Positions 50,349-61,869 of a stretch of 64,000 nt of DNA are shown here, piece after piece (position 1 is the stretch's first letter; every line of letters begins with the position of its first letter). This DNA comes from Priapulus caudatus. Its lineage: Eukaryota. Location: contig NW_014577072.1 in assembly GCF_000485595.1 (NCBI RefSeq), positions 356,860-420,859 on the forward strand, given 5' to 3'. The translations under genes were made by a program, and so were the position numbers. Below the pieces are notes generated by a model. It ran no database searches, had not been told where the DNA came from, and saw nothing but the letters and a program-made list of their open reading frames with translations.

Positions 50349-51831
50349 GTAAACCTCAACGGCGTGGTATTAAAGCGTAATCAACCCTAATTCGAGATAA
50401 AAACTGACGCAAGCAATTAGTATTTTTTACTCCTTTTATTTAAGTAATNNNNNNNNNNNNNNNNNNNNNNNNNGACGGATTATTTATTTATTTTTGATTT
50501 ATTTATTTCGATAATGTACTAAAGCATACAATTAACATTGCATAACAGCATAAATAAACAACAAATGCATGCTAGAAAATTATCGAGGGGATGAAAACAC
50601 AAAAAAGCGTGGCTACACACTTATGTCCATTGGTGGTCCAACATAACATTGTAATACCGGTACTTATACTATAAACATATAGCAAATAGCTATACCACGA
50701 TCCAAAATTTCTTAGTGATACATTGTTACAAGTACAAAACATTTGAAATACAGCCGCATAAAAGAAACAATATGATAGCAAAAAAACAAAAAAACTTCAG
50801 GTCATATTAATATCACAAGTAAAAGTGTTGCTAAGGTAAGTGGTTGGCAGCTTAAAAGAAAAAAAGAAAAATAGAAGCTTTCTGAGTGATACCAATACAA
50901 ACAGAGCAGACATGCAAGAAACAATATAACTGAGAAAAAAACTTCATGCATATTCTGTACAGCGATAAAACTGATACGGTAAATGCTTTAGCGGTAGAAA
51001 TTGAATGTTTCCTGAGTGAATTACAGGCTACAAAGCAGTGCCCAGCAAAACACGCAAGAAAACAAATAGCACGAAAAAAACTCATCAAATTTGTACAAGT
51101 GATAGTACCTTGTAGCACAGCATTTCGACACTCGCGTTCGGTACACGCATTTATATCGACATTACAAATAACATATTTTCGTCACACACTACATTTGTAT
51201 AGATATAAACGTATGAAAGAAAACGCATAGTGTTAGGCAGTATAAAATAGTATTTTGCAGTGATACAGCTACAAAGCAGTGCATTTTACATACAGGAAGG
51301 AAAACCAAAAATAGATTACAAGAAAAACTTCAGTATAGCCTGGAGTGCAAAGTGATTAAGGGTACACTTTACCATCTTTCGACACTCATGTATGTACATA
51401 TCTATATATATATTGCTACATACATACACCCCAACACTCATATTTATTATGTGTAATATATTATATATAATATAATACTCTATCCAAGTATAAATACACT
51501 GATAATAACAGCTGATGAGATCATGTCACCCTATACTTTTAAATCTATTCATTATACGAGATAGATACAAATATGAAGTCACTGTCTTCCTGTCTTAACC
51601 TTTTCCATAGGGTTTTTTTAACTTGCCCTTTGAAACGTAATAATATCTGGCTGCAGATCTCATGCTGAGGTGGTAGGGGAAGTTCAAGCTTCAATGAAGT
51701 GTTTAAATGTCTTTTTTCCATTGACCCCCACTCTTGGTTTAAGATGACAGCTCCCCAGCCCTATGAAAGTAGGTATTTTCAGATGTATTTCAATGGAAAT
51801 TTCTGACATTCATCCTAGAATTACGTAACAT

Positions 51832-52675
51832 TATATCAAGAGCGGATGAATACCTAGAGTTGTACGCAACGGAAAACTGGAAAATAGTGCTATTTCACGA
51901 CTACTGTTCTACTTTGCCTGCGGAGTCTAGAATAAGTTCTGATGGTATTGCAGTTAAGCCGAATTCTTTGCTTCTCTAAACAAGACAACGCTATGTCAAT
52001 ACGATACTCTAGGCGGAGATATCGGCCTCCTACACCTCCCCTCCCACATGCCAACGCCACCTCGATCACTTCTGCCACCAGTCCTACACGCGCGGTACCA
52101 GCATTTTGGACCGCTATCGGGTTTCCGTCACACTTGGAGCGCTTGCTAATAGATGTCATGATGCCCAATTTGTACTGTTACTACACCTTGTAACTGCAGC
52201 TGCGTTTGTAAAAACTTGACTGGAGGCCGGCTCCATCATACGGGCGTTCCGTAGCCGTGCTAGGAAAGATTAATGGAGATAAGGGCATAGGCCGAATGCC
52301 CGAATGTCACTATATTGATTAACCGAAGCACCGTCCATTCATAAATTTATCGCGGAAAAAACCGAACTACGACCGCACGCTTTCCACACCCGCGCGTGTA
52401 GTAGATGTCGCCACGACGAGGAAGTGGATTCGGACGGTGGCGGTTTGCATGTGGGAGGGAGCGATTTAGGAGCCGATATCTCCGCCTAGGAGTATTCGTA
52501 TTTGACAAGCGGTTGGTCTTGTTTTAGAGAGCAAGCATTCCTGCTTATGCAATCCATGAATTGATTCTAGACTCGCAGGCAAGTAGACAATGTCCTGAAC
52601 AATGTAGGTCGGTGATAATAGCACTATTTCCCGTTTTTCCGTCTGTACCTCTAGTATTACTCCGCTCTTGATTAT
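51832..52675. mobile_element. Fold-back/MITE-like element with ~230-bp terminal inverted repeats
   Basis: TATCAAGAGCGGA...CTAGGCGGAGATATCGGC...CCCTCCCACATGC (to ~52060) mirrored by GCATGTGGGAGGG...GCCGATATCTCCGCCTAG...TCCGCTCTTGATTATA (from ~52436); low sequence quality. Confidence 0.7.
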
Positions 52676-53299
52676 ACTGAATACGGATGCATTAGCATAA
52701 CACCGCTTTGACGATTAGGGATGAGAAGAAGATTAAGTAGCTTAGTGGAATGATTACACGCGATTCTGGGTACATTAAGTAAAACTAACAGGACTATGGC
52801 AGTAAGAGTCGAACTAACCCGTTGCTTATTTACTATTCTTATGAGAAATTAGGCATAATTGTTGCTACAAATCAATACGAGCTTAATTAACATGGATGTG
52901 AATGACAAATAATTAGTGAAAACACGGCAGGAATAATAGTTACCATAGGATAAGTACAATTAGGATTAAACTTGTCCGAATAAAATACAATAACCACATC
53001 CTAGTATTTACAAGTAGAATGAAATTTGAAAACGTAAGCGCAATCTAATGCTAAAAAAAACAATAGCGTGTTTACATTCTATATACAGTGATTATCTATA
53101 TAGTAATCTAACGTCGCGGCCGTGGAAGACTCGGGAAATATTTATTTGCCACTAACGCATTACTAATAAATGTGTTGATAATGTAATAATATGTGTAAAT
53201 ATGCATGATAAAATTGTTAAGCTAGTTATATTAGCGATAGTTACACGTGGGCCAACGGAATAGTATTGAATAACGGCGTCTGATCAATAGCATACATTT

Positions 53300-53910
53300 T
53301 TTATACAAATGCCCCCGGCCATACAAAATACGTATATATTGTGGCCTTGGGCCTCCATCATACACTTATTATACAATTTTATATTAGGTTGCCTTAAACG
53401 CGTATATAAATACTAATATGTGTGGCTTTGGGCCCCCATCATACGCTATTCATATTATTTACATCTATCAGGTCAGGTTAATGACGTATATGTATTTGTA
53501 TTATTACGTCCTTGGATTACTATATAGGTGGCCCTATGGCTCCGTCATAAACATACGTATATATGTTGGCCTTGGCCCCATCATTTACACTATTATTACA
53601 ATATATCATAGGTTGCGCTTTAGGCCACCTGTCACTACAATAAAATACTTATTGTGGCCTTGGGCTCCCATCATACACTATTCTATTATACAATTCTATA
53701 TAGATGCTGCCGCCTTATAGGCCCCGTCATACAATTACTATATATGTGGCCTTGCGAGCCCCATCATCACTATTCTATGATTATACATATTCTACATAGG
53801 TGGCCTTAGCGCCCCGTCATACGAATACTATATATGTCGCCCCTTGCGGCCCCATCATACACTATTATTACAATTCCTTATAGGTGGCTTAGGCCGTCAT
53901 ACAAATATTA
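53300..53910 (+). repeat. ~80-bp tandem minisatellite (two ~40-bp subunits); second array at ~56860-57370
   Basis: Recurrent GGCCCCGTCATACAAATACTATATATGTGGCCTT-GGGCCCCATCATACACTATTATTACAATTCTATATAGGTGGCCTTA. Confidence 0.8.
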
Positions 53911-54199
53911 ACGCCGGCAACACTATAACGTGCTACTTAATAACTTACGAAGATGGCTGCACTAAGCGCTTGTCTAGATTTTTTCCTAGTTTAATGCTAT
54001 TATTATATTATGCCTGATGTAATACAATCGCATATACCAATGGGTAAATTGTTTTAGCATTACTACAATACGTAAAAAAGAAACTATTTTCGTCGGAGTA
54101 AGGGTTATTGCTCGGAGAGTGACTGACGGGGGCTGTGAGGCCACCGGCGGAGGACGGAGGTGGCCTAAGCAACGTGATGTGGCAATATCTGTCGCCTGC

Positions 54200-56720
54200 G
54201 CTGCCGCATTACCAAGCACAGTACACAATTCTGGCTCGTTAGTGTGTCTAAGCCATGGGCCAATTCTCACAGAGGAGCTTATTATTGTTTATAAGCATTA
54301 TGCTTTTAATACCGAAGAGGAGTTATCCTAGCTAGCTTTATATGATACCATTCATTCAGTTGACATCATTTAAAGAAATAAGATGAAGACCTTACATGTT
54401 ACAGTTCCGCTGCGTATACCACGCCACTAGATCAATCTGGCTACGTAGTGTGGAATAAGCGCATATGCGCCAATATCACTCCAGAGGAGTTATATTTGTC
54501 GCTCGATGAATATACATGTAAATGCGTTAGGAATACATCTCTATATCGCCTAGCATTTCCCTTAATAAACTTTTATCAGCTAGACTCTGCTTGATTAATT
54601 AGGAAGCGCCCTGGCATGTGAGTACAAAACACGCTATTTTATGCTCTCGCGTCCTTCCCCTTGTGCCTTGCCTCCTGTCCCTCGCCCAGCGGCCTCCTTT
54701 CTTCTCTCCTACGCCCCCAGGATTTTCCTGCTCCGCGCTTCATTAGTCTCTGCATATCCTCTCCCGCAGCAAAGCTATACGTTATAAAGTTTGCCTTAGG
54801 ACGGCACTGCACGCTAACACGGTGCAGTTGGCATTTGCGAAATATCTCCCCGATGAAGAAATCGTATTTTGGCAAGATTTGCATTTAAATAAGTGAAGTT
54901 ATCCTGAGCATAGAATTTTATATCGATAACATTCATCAGTAGACTCATTTAGAATTACTGAGAAACCTTGGATGTAAGGTCGTCCGCTGCTACGTACTTA
55001 TATACCAGACAGTACACATCTGCTAGCGGGTATAGTGTTTAGCGCATGACGGCATATATCTCACGCAGAGGAGTTATTTTTGTGCTGAATTGCATTTAAA
55101 AGGCAGTAGGAGATATCTTCAGCATAGATTTTTCTAATTAAAACTTTTGATCGTTAGACCTGTGTTTATAATTAGGAGGGGGGAAGCGCTCTAGAATCGT
55201 AGGATACAAAACACTTACTTTATTGCTCGGCGTCCTTCCGCTTGCCTACACTTGTCCCTCGTTCTCAGCTCCTTCTATATTCGGACCGCCCCAAAGCTTT
55301 ATCCCTGCCCGCCTTCCCTCCAGTCAGCTCCCATCCCTTCCCGCCGCAAAGCCTTATGATTATAAGTTTGCATCAGACGGCACTGCACGTAACTGAACAC
55401 GGTCGCCGCGCGCACTATGCGCAATATCTCGTGAGAAATCTATTTTCGAAAAGATTATGCTATTTAAAATAAGAAGGTTATCCTAGATAGATTCTATTAT
55501 GATATATTCATCAGTTGACATTTCAGTTTAGAATAAGAGGAAGACCTTAATGTAAGGTCCGCTGCGCATACAGCCTAGTACAACAATCTCGCTACGTAGC
55601 CTGTGTTAAGCGACATGTGCAATATCTGCACAGAGAGCTTATTTTGTGATATCGAATTACTCGATTTAACTGGTTAGGGGTCGTATCGCCGTGTATAGAT
55701 TTCTCTAATAAACTGTTATTATCAGTGACCTGTGTTTCTTAATTGGTGGAGAGCGCCCTACACTGTAGGTACACACACCTACTTTATATGGCGCTCGCCG
55801 CCCTACCCCTCGTTCTCCCACTGTCCCTTGCTCGCCCTCCTTGCATTGTCTACCGTCCCAGCTATCTTCCCTGCCGCCTTCCTCAGTCTCCCATATTTCT
55901 CTCGCCGCAGCAGCTAATCTTATGAAGGTTTTCCACAACGGCACCTGCCCGGCCTAACACGATGCGCCGACGCAATTGCGCGAATATCTCCGCGAGCAGT
56001 ACATCGTATTTTGCAGAAGATTATGCATTTTTAAAATGAAGAGAGTTATTCTACGGCATCGATTTGTGATGATCCATTCATCAGTTTACATATTTTAAAA
56101 CATAGGAGGAAGACATTGCATCATGTTAGATCCCGCTGCTATACCAGCCAGTACAGCAATCTGGCCCGACGCTTAGTGTGTTAGCGCAACGCAATATACT
56201 TCACCAGAGGATTCATTTTTGTGATGAATATGGCATTTATATAATGGTTAGGGGGTATCGTCAGTATAAGATACCCTCACATAAACTTTTGATCAGCGTT
56301 AGACCTGGGTTGCTTATAATAGGAGAGCGCCCTAGCATGTAGCGGCTTACAAGAAATCTAATTTATGCTTCGGCGTCCTTCCCCTTTGCCTCTCCTGTCC
56401 CGTCGCTTGTGCTCCTTCTTCTTCTTCGCGGCCCAGCCTATCTTTTCTGCCGCCTTTCCTCAGTCTCTCATCCCTCTCTCCCTCAGCAAACTAAATTATA
56501 ATTGTTTAGATGCCCTCAGACGGCGAACTGCCACGTTTAACAGGTGCGCGGCGCGCTGTGCAATATTCTCCTGAGAGAATCGTATTTGCAAAGATTACTG
56601 CATTAAATAAAGAGGATTATCCTAGCATAGATTTATATGACTAGATATTTATCAGTAGACATCATTTAGAAAGTAAGAAGCAAGGGCCGTTGCATGTAAG
56701 GTCACCTGCTGCGTTATGCA
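54200..56720 (+). repeat. Tandem array of ~575-bp units (about 4.5 copies)
   Basis: GTTATCCTAG...ATTCATCAGT recurs at ~54320, 54900, 55480, 56045 and 56615, each unit followed by the same GAGCGCCCT, CT-rich and GACGGCACTGCACG segments. Confidence 0.8.
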
Positions 56721-59700
56721 GGCGACAGATTATGCAGCATCCAATGTGTTGAGCCTCTAAGCCCCGGGGGCCTTGTACCCCGCTGGCGCATATACACCGT
56801 CCTGCAGGCTGCTGCAGCCTACTTTTCTTTGCTGGAGGCGGTATAGCTACACCAAGGCTTAGCACACACTACGATATATAGGAGCGCCCTTAGGCCCCCT
56901 TCATACACATATCAACTATATATGTGGCCCTTGTGGGCCGCCAGCATACCACTATAGTACAATACTATATTAGATGGGTCATTAGGCCACCGTCATATAC
57001 AATATTTATTATGTGTCTTGGGCCGCCATCAATAAACTATTCTATTATGAGATAATAGCTAGTATAGTGTAGGCCCTTAGGCCCCGCCATACACATACTA
57101 TATATGTGGCACTTGTCGGCCCATCATACATAATTCATGACCTATTATAATACTATTATAGGTGGCCTTACGGGCCGCCCTGCTTACAAATACTTATATA
57201 TGGCGCCTTTGGGCCCCATCGTACACTATTCAGTATTATTTACACATTCTAATAGGTGGCTTATGGGCCCCGTCATATCAAATACTCTATATGTGGCATT
57301 GCGCGCCCCTAATACACTATTATTACAATTCCTATATAGGTAGGCCCTTAGGCCGCAGTGTCAATACAAATATAACGCCGGCCAAACACTTAGTAACGTG
57401 CTACTAATAACTTACGACCGTGCTGCAACGGGCGCGTTTGGTCTTGTCTTTTCCTGATTTATGCGTATATCTATGCCTATGGTCTAATACAATCTGCGAT
57501 CTACGGGCCCTACCATAGGTAAACTTGTTATAGCTTAATAAATACTGTAAACAAAAAAGAACTATTTTCGGTCGAAGAAGGGTTATTGTCGGAGTGCAGC
57601 TGCACGGGGGCTTGGAGGCACCGACGAGGGCAGGTGGCCTTAAACCACCCACTTGGTGCTGGATAGTCTGTCGACTGCCTATGGACGTAATGCGGACTGC
57701 CAGAGTGGCGCGCCCCCTATTCTTACGGCTCTGCTTCGCCATGTCAGCAGCGTTTTAATCTGCAAGCTCAGGATATGTGCGGGGGGGGGAAAATTATGAG
57801 CGGCACGCCGCATATGTACACTATGCGATTACCATGTTTACGATTTACTGTACGATTTACCTGTACGATTTACATCATAGTGATATATTTATAGTTATTC
57901 CCGATGTCTTTGAGATTCACAGTTATGTCTTTCCTTCTTCCTACAATTTTTACTTATGTCTACACTAATGCTAAGCATGCTCTTAACCATTCTGGAGTTT
58001 CAACTGCTCTTTTGCCTTTCTTGTCCCCGCCCCCTCGGCAAAGCTCACGGTAACTGTATTTGCAAAATCGCACGCTTACTCACCTCCTGTTAATGATACA
58101 GTGATCCCCGACTTACGACAGGTCGCGGAAATACGAAATGTGCCCGGTTAAAGCGATAGTCCTCGATTAGTGTGGAACACATAACAAATTGATGAGAGGA
58201 TTTCTTCTCAAAAACATGTTCGGTCTTGAAGCCGATCGTTCGAGCACCCGATGAAGCGCGGACTACATGCGAATTGCATTCCAGGAAAATCAAACCGAGA
58301 CGCCTGTCCGCTAGCACCGCGTTACATGACACGGTGTGCACGCATTCGTGCGGTGCGTGTCGTGGTCCGTGTATCGTGTAATCTTGTGCTTTAGCCACCG
58401 GGCGTAGCATGAGGTATAGTGCTACTGAGAGGTAGTGCAGAGTCGCATCGGAGTTAAATGAAACATAAAATAAAACCGAACATCAATAATAACGAACGTC
58501 AATAACCCGTATAAATAATGTAATAAATAAATTTAAAACGAGGCCCCCCGTTCTAAATCATATCCCTACTACATCTTTCTTGAAAGTTCTTCTGAACACG
58601 TGATCATTCATCATTAATTGTTACTCACAATTCCCTCCCCCTCGCCCCAATTCAGGAATTGTCAGTGACGGGCCAGGAATGTTCTTGGCAGTGGCATTCG
58701 CAGGTTCCACTGATAACTATTGTATGTGTACGTATCAGTCGCCGTAAGATACGCACTTGGGCTCGCAAGCTTAGCACTTGACCTCGGCCAATCGACAAAT
58801 ATCTCGACATCAGGACGCCACTGTCGATAATCCGGACGCCACCGCGATCATCATGATTGATTAGATTATCGGCGCTGCGATGCGGTGCACGTCACGTGAC
58901 GCCGAACGATGCCGTATTTCCGCGGGGACCGCAGCACTGTCGCTCTGTAGGACACACGAGTTCATTCGGATGACAATCGCGCACGCGGATGTCGCCACAG
59001 TGCACCGACGTATGCGGGCCCGTTGGCGAACGACCGACCTCTCGAAACATATTCCGCGTTCTCCCATTTATTTAGTCAGTTTTACGAATCGAACGCGAGC
59101 AAAAATCACCAATCAGTCCTCACTCAGAATGATCCTTCACGAACCGGATGTGCCACGCGGCGCGCGCCCGCGCGCGCAGCGGGGAGGGGGGAAGTAGAGG
59201 GGGGATGGGGGCCCGCACCGGAGCGGGGAGTCGAGAGGGAGCCTGGCGAGCTGTTCACACGCACGTATGTGCCGACGGTTTGATTCTCCGGTCATAATTA
59301 TTAACGGCGAATGCTATAAATATTGACCGCGCGGTGCGGGAGGACCGATATGGACTTTTGATCGTTTAAAACTTTAGCGACGGACCCGACGCGAGCAACG
59401 GCGCACGCCCCTTCCGGTCCGCCGCCGCCCCCTAACCCCACCGCCGCGCTAGTGCCCCCGGAGCGCAGGCGCACAATACCGTCGGAATTACAGTTGCCCC
59501 CCGTATTGAACGACGTAATTCGAGCCCCGCCGTCAAACTCTGACGGCCAGAAATGATTTTTAATTTATGATGGGACTGCCTGACTGCTTTAATGGTGCTA
59601 CCGTGATGTTTCATGAACTACCATCTTTGAACACGAACTTCTGATCGTGACCGGCCATTGCAGCATCTCGGCTCGAGATCGCGACAGAACTCTGCTCTCA

Positions 59701-60530
59701 AGAGATCGTTACAACGCCTTGAGGCAGCTGCTCGGCGCGCCACGTCTGCACAGTCCGAAAGGAGGCACGACGTTCCAATGCTATCCAGGCCGTCAGAGGC
59801 GTAGGAACGAGAGGGCATCGGGCTGGCCGAAGCTGTGATCGCAGGAACACCATGACCGAGGCCAGGAGGCGCGGAACGCGAGGAGCCGCCAGGAGGCGCT
59901 GCAACTCGGCGCTAATGTAGAGCAGCTGAACAGGCGGCTGGAGACGCGGCAGAAGCAGCAGCAGAGCAGCAAGCCGTCGGCGAGCACCAGCACCAACGAT
60001 AGGACCAGGTAGGGTCATAATAAAAATACCATGTGTTTGCCCTCACCCGACCGACCCGCCAAAAAGGGACCGTTTAAAAAAAAAATTGCATTCATCTTTT
60101 TTTTTTTTTTAACAAATTGTATCATTGTACATTATATAAATCTGTAGGCAATACATTATATGTACCAAGCAAAACAAACATTCAACATAAAAGGTATCTC
60201 CACACAAGCACACCCGAGCATGTAGACACCATGCTGAATTTGTAAAAAGACCCTCGCTCTAAAAAAAAGGTGACCTACCTACCCAAACTTTTCAGCCTGG
60301 GTCGGGTGAGGGCAAACAAAGATTTTTTTTAATTGTGGCCTAACCGTCGACTCGCTTGGCACTGTTCGCTCTGTAAACTCGTCATTGTCTCGAGTCTCTT
60401 TTTTACGAGGTTTTGCGTCCTATTCGTGTTTCCTAGTGAATGTGTACATGCACGTTTGCAATGTTGGTTTCCAACTCGCCGTCTTGTCCTGATCCTTTTG
60501 GCATTTTCTCTTATGAATCGTCATTTTCAG

Positions 60531-61489
60531 CTCGTCCTCAGAACCTCCAACTGCTAATATAAAGCCAATCGCGACGCCAGCTGCTGCCCAAAAGCATGCC
60601 GCAGCAGTGACGTCTGTGTCATCGGGCTCCTCCAAGGCAGCCACGCCCACTGCCAGTATCCGACCAATGGCAATCAGCAGTCAGCAGACGCCTACTGCAA
60701 CGGTGATGCCAACACCGTCGTCTGTTGAATTCCACGAAGAGCAGATAACTGGTAAGTACAGCTCATGCCACTCGACTGTGAAAATAATCGGTTCCCATAA
60801 CTTATATATAACTCCATTAGTGTGAGATTTTACAAATACTCAAACGTAAACTTAAAATTTTATTTATTAACTTGTTGTAGGCATTGCACTTGGAGTTGCA
60901 AAAAATGCGACACATAAATAGGATTATTTTGTGTATTATCGTAGTTATGCAATACTTTGAAATGATAAACGCGTACCTTTCCTAGGTCCCCCAACTATAA
61001 GCCCAACACCTCGGCAGGCAACCGTGCAGCCTACCCAGGCTCAGGCTATTCCAGCAATTATCATCACTCCCCACGTGGAGGAGGAGGAGGTCATAGTGCA
61101 GGTTCATCCACCACCAGTCGAACACCAGGAGGTTGCGCAGCCAGCTGAAGTGCCTGTTGTATGTGGCATTGACTTAACTTTCACTGTACCATATTACAAA
61201 CGATCTATAATTCATTAGCTGTGTAGCAACCTTTTCAGAATTTCTTGGTGTGTAATGATCAAATTTGTGATTTTCACATGATATTTGCATCCAAAGTTTC
61301 CACTAGAGGGTATTCCTGAGCACCATCACCACCAGCAGCAGCAACAGCAGTCACAACCACAGCAGCAGCAACAGCAGCATGACCAGCCTGCTGTGTCAGC
61401 AACAGAGCCCTCTAGAGGCCAAACTGCAGGAAAACGGCCAAGAGAGCAAGAGATAGCAGATACGACTGTGGCGACAGAAGCTGCTTCAG
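60531..61489 (+). CDS. TPR: TPR exons in copy C, in frame: 60531-60751, 60986-61158, 61309-61489
   Basis: Spliced reading SSSEPPTANIKPIATP...TPTASIRPMAISSQQTPTATVMPT...GPPTISPTPRQATVQPT...GIPEHHHHQQQ...AGKRPREQE. PTANIKP, ASIRPM, TPTATVMPT and a KR-x-RE basic motif are recognisable TPR tail motifs. GT-AG boundaries. The rest of the gene is outside the window. Confidence 0.8.
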
Positions 61490-61765
61490 GTAAACCTCAC
61501 ACGCTGGTATTAAACGTCATCAACCCTATTATAGATAAAAACTGACCAAGCAATTAGTATTTTTACTCCCCTTTTATTTAAGGTAATGTACAAATTGTGC
61601 CGGATGAATAATTGTCATAATTTTGCAGTTGCACTCTGATTACTCACTAACACTAATGAGTTATCCATTTTTCTAATGCCACAGAGGAGGTACCAATTAA
61701 ACGAGTACGGGCTGAGGTTGAAACAGAGGACAGCGCTAGCCAAGGAGCGGCTGACGAAGAGTTTA

Positions 61766-61834
61766 CAGAGGGAGAGCTGGGAGAGGCAGAGGGAGAGCTG
61801 GGAGAGGCAGAGGGAGAGCTGGGAGAGGCAGAGG
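61766..61834 (+). repeat. 21-bp tandem repeat x3 (CAGAGGGAGAGCTGGGAGAGG)
   Basis: Direct reading; lies at the junction between TPR copies C and D. Confidence 0.85.
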
Positions 61835-61869
61835 GGAACGTCGAGAACTAGACAAGAGGGAGATAGTCC

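Noticed and set aside
53300..53910. CRISPR-like repeat-spacer array
   Set aside because: The intervening sequences are themselves repeated; eukaryotic context; no cas genes.
57700..59550. Short ORFs in CpG-rich sequence upstream of copy C
   Set aside because: Low-quality sequence with no recognisable domain or repeat structure.
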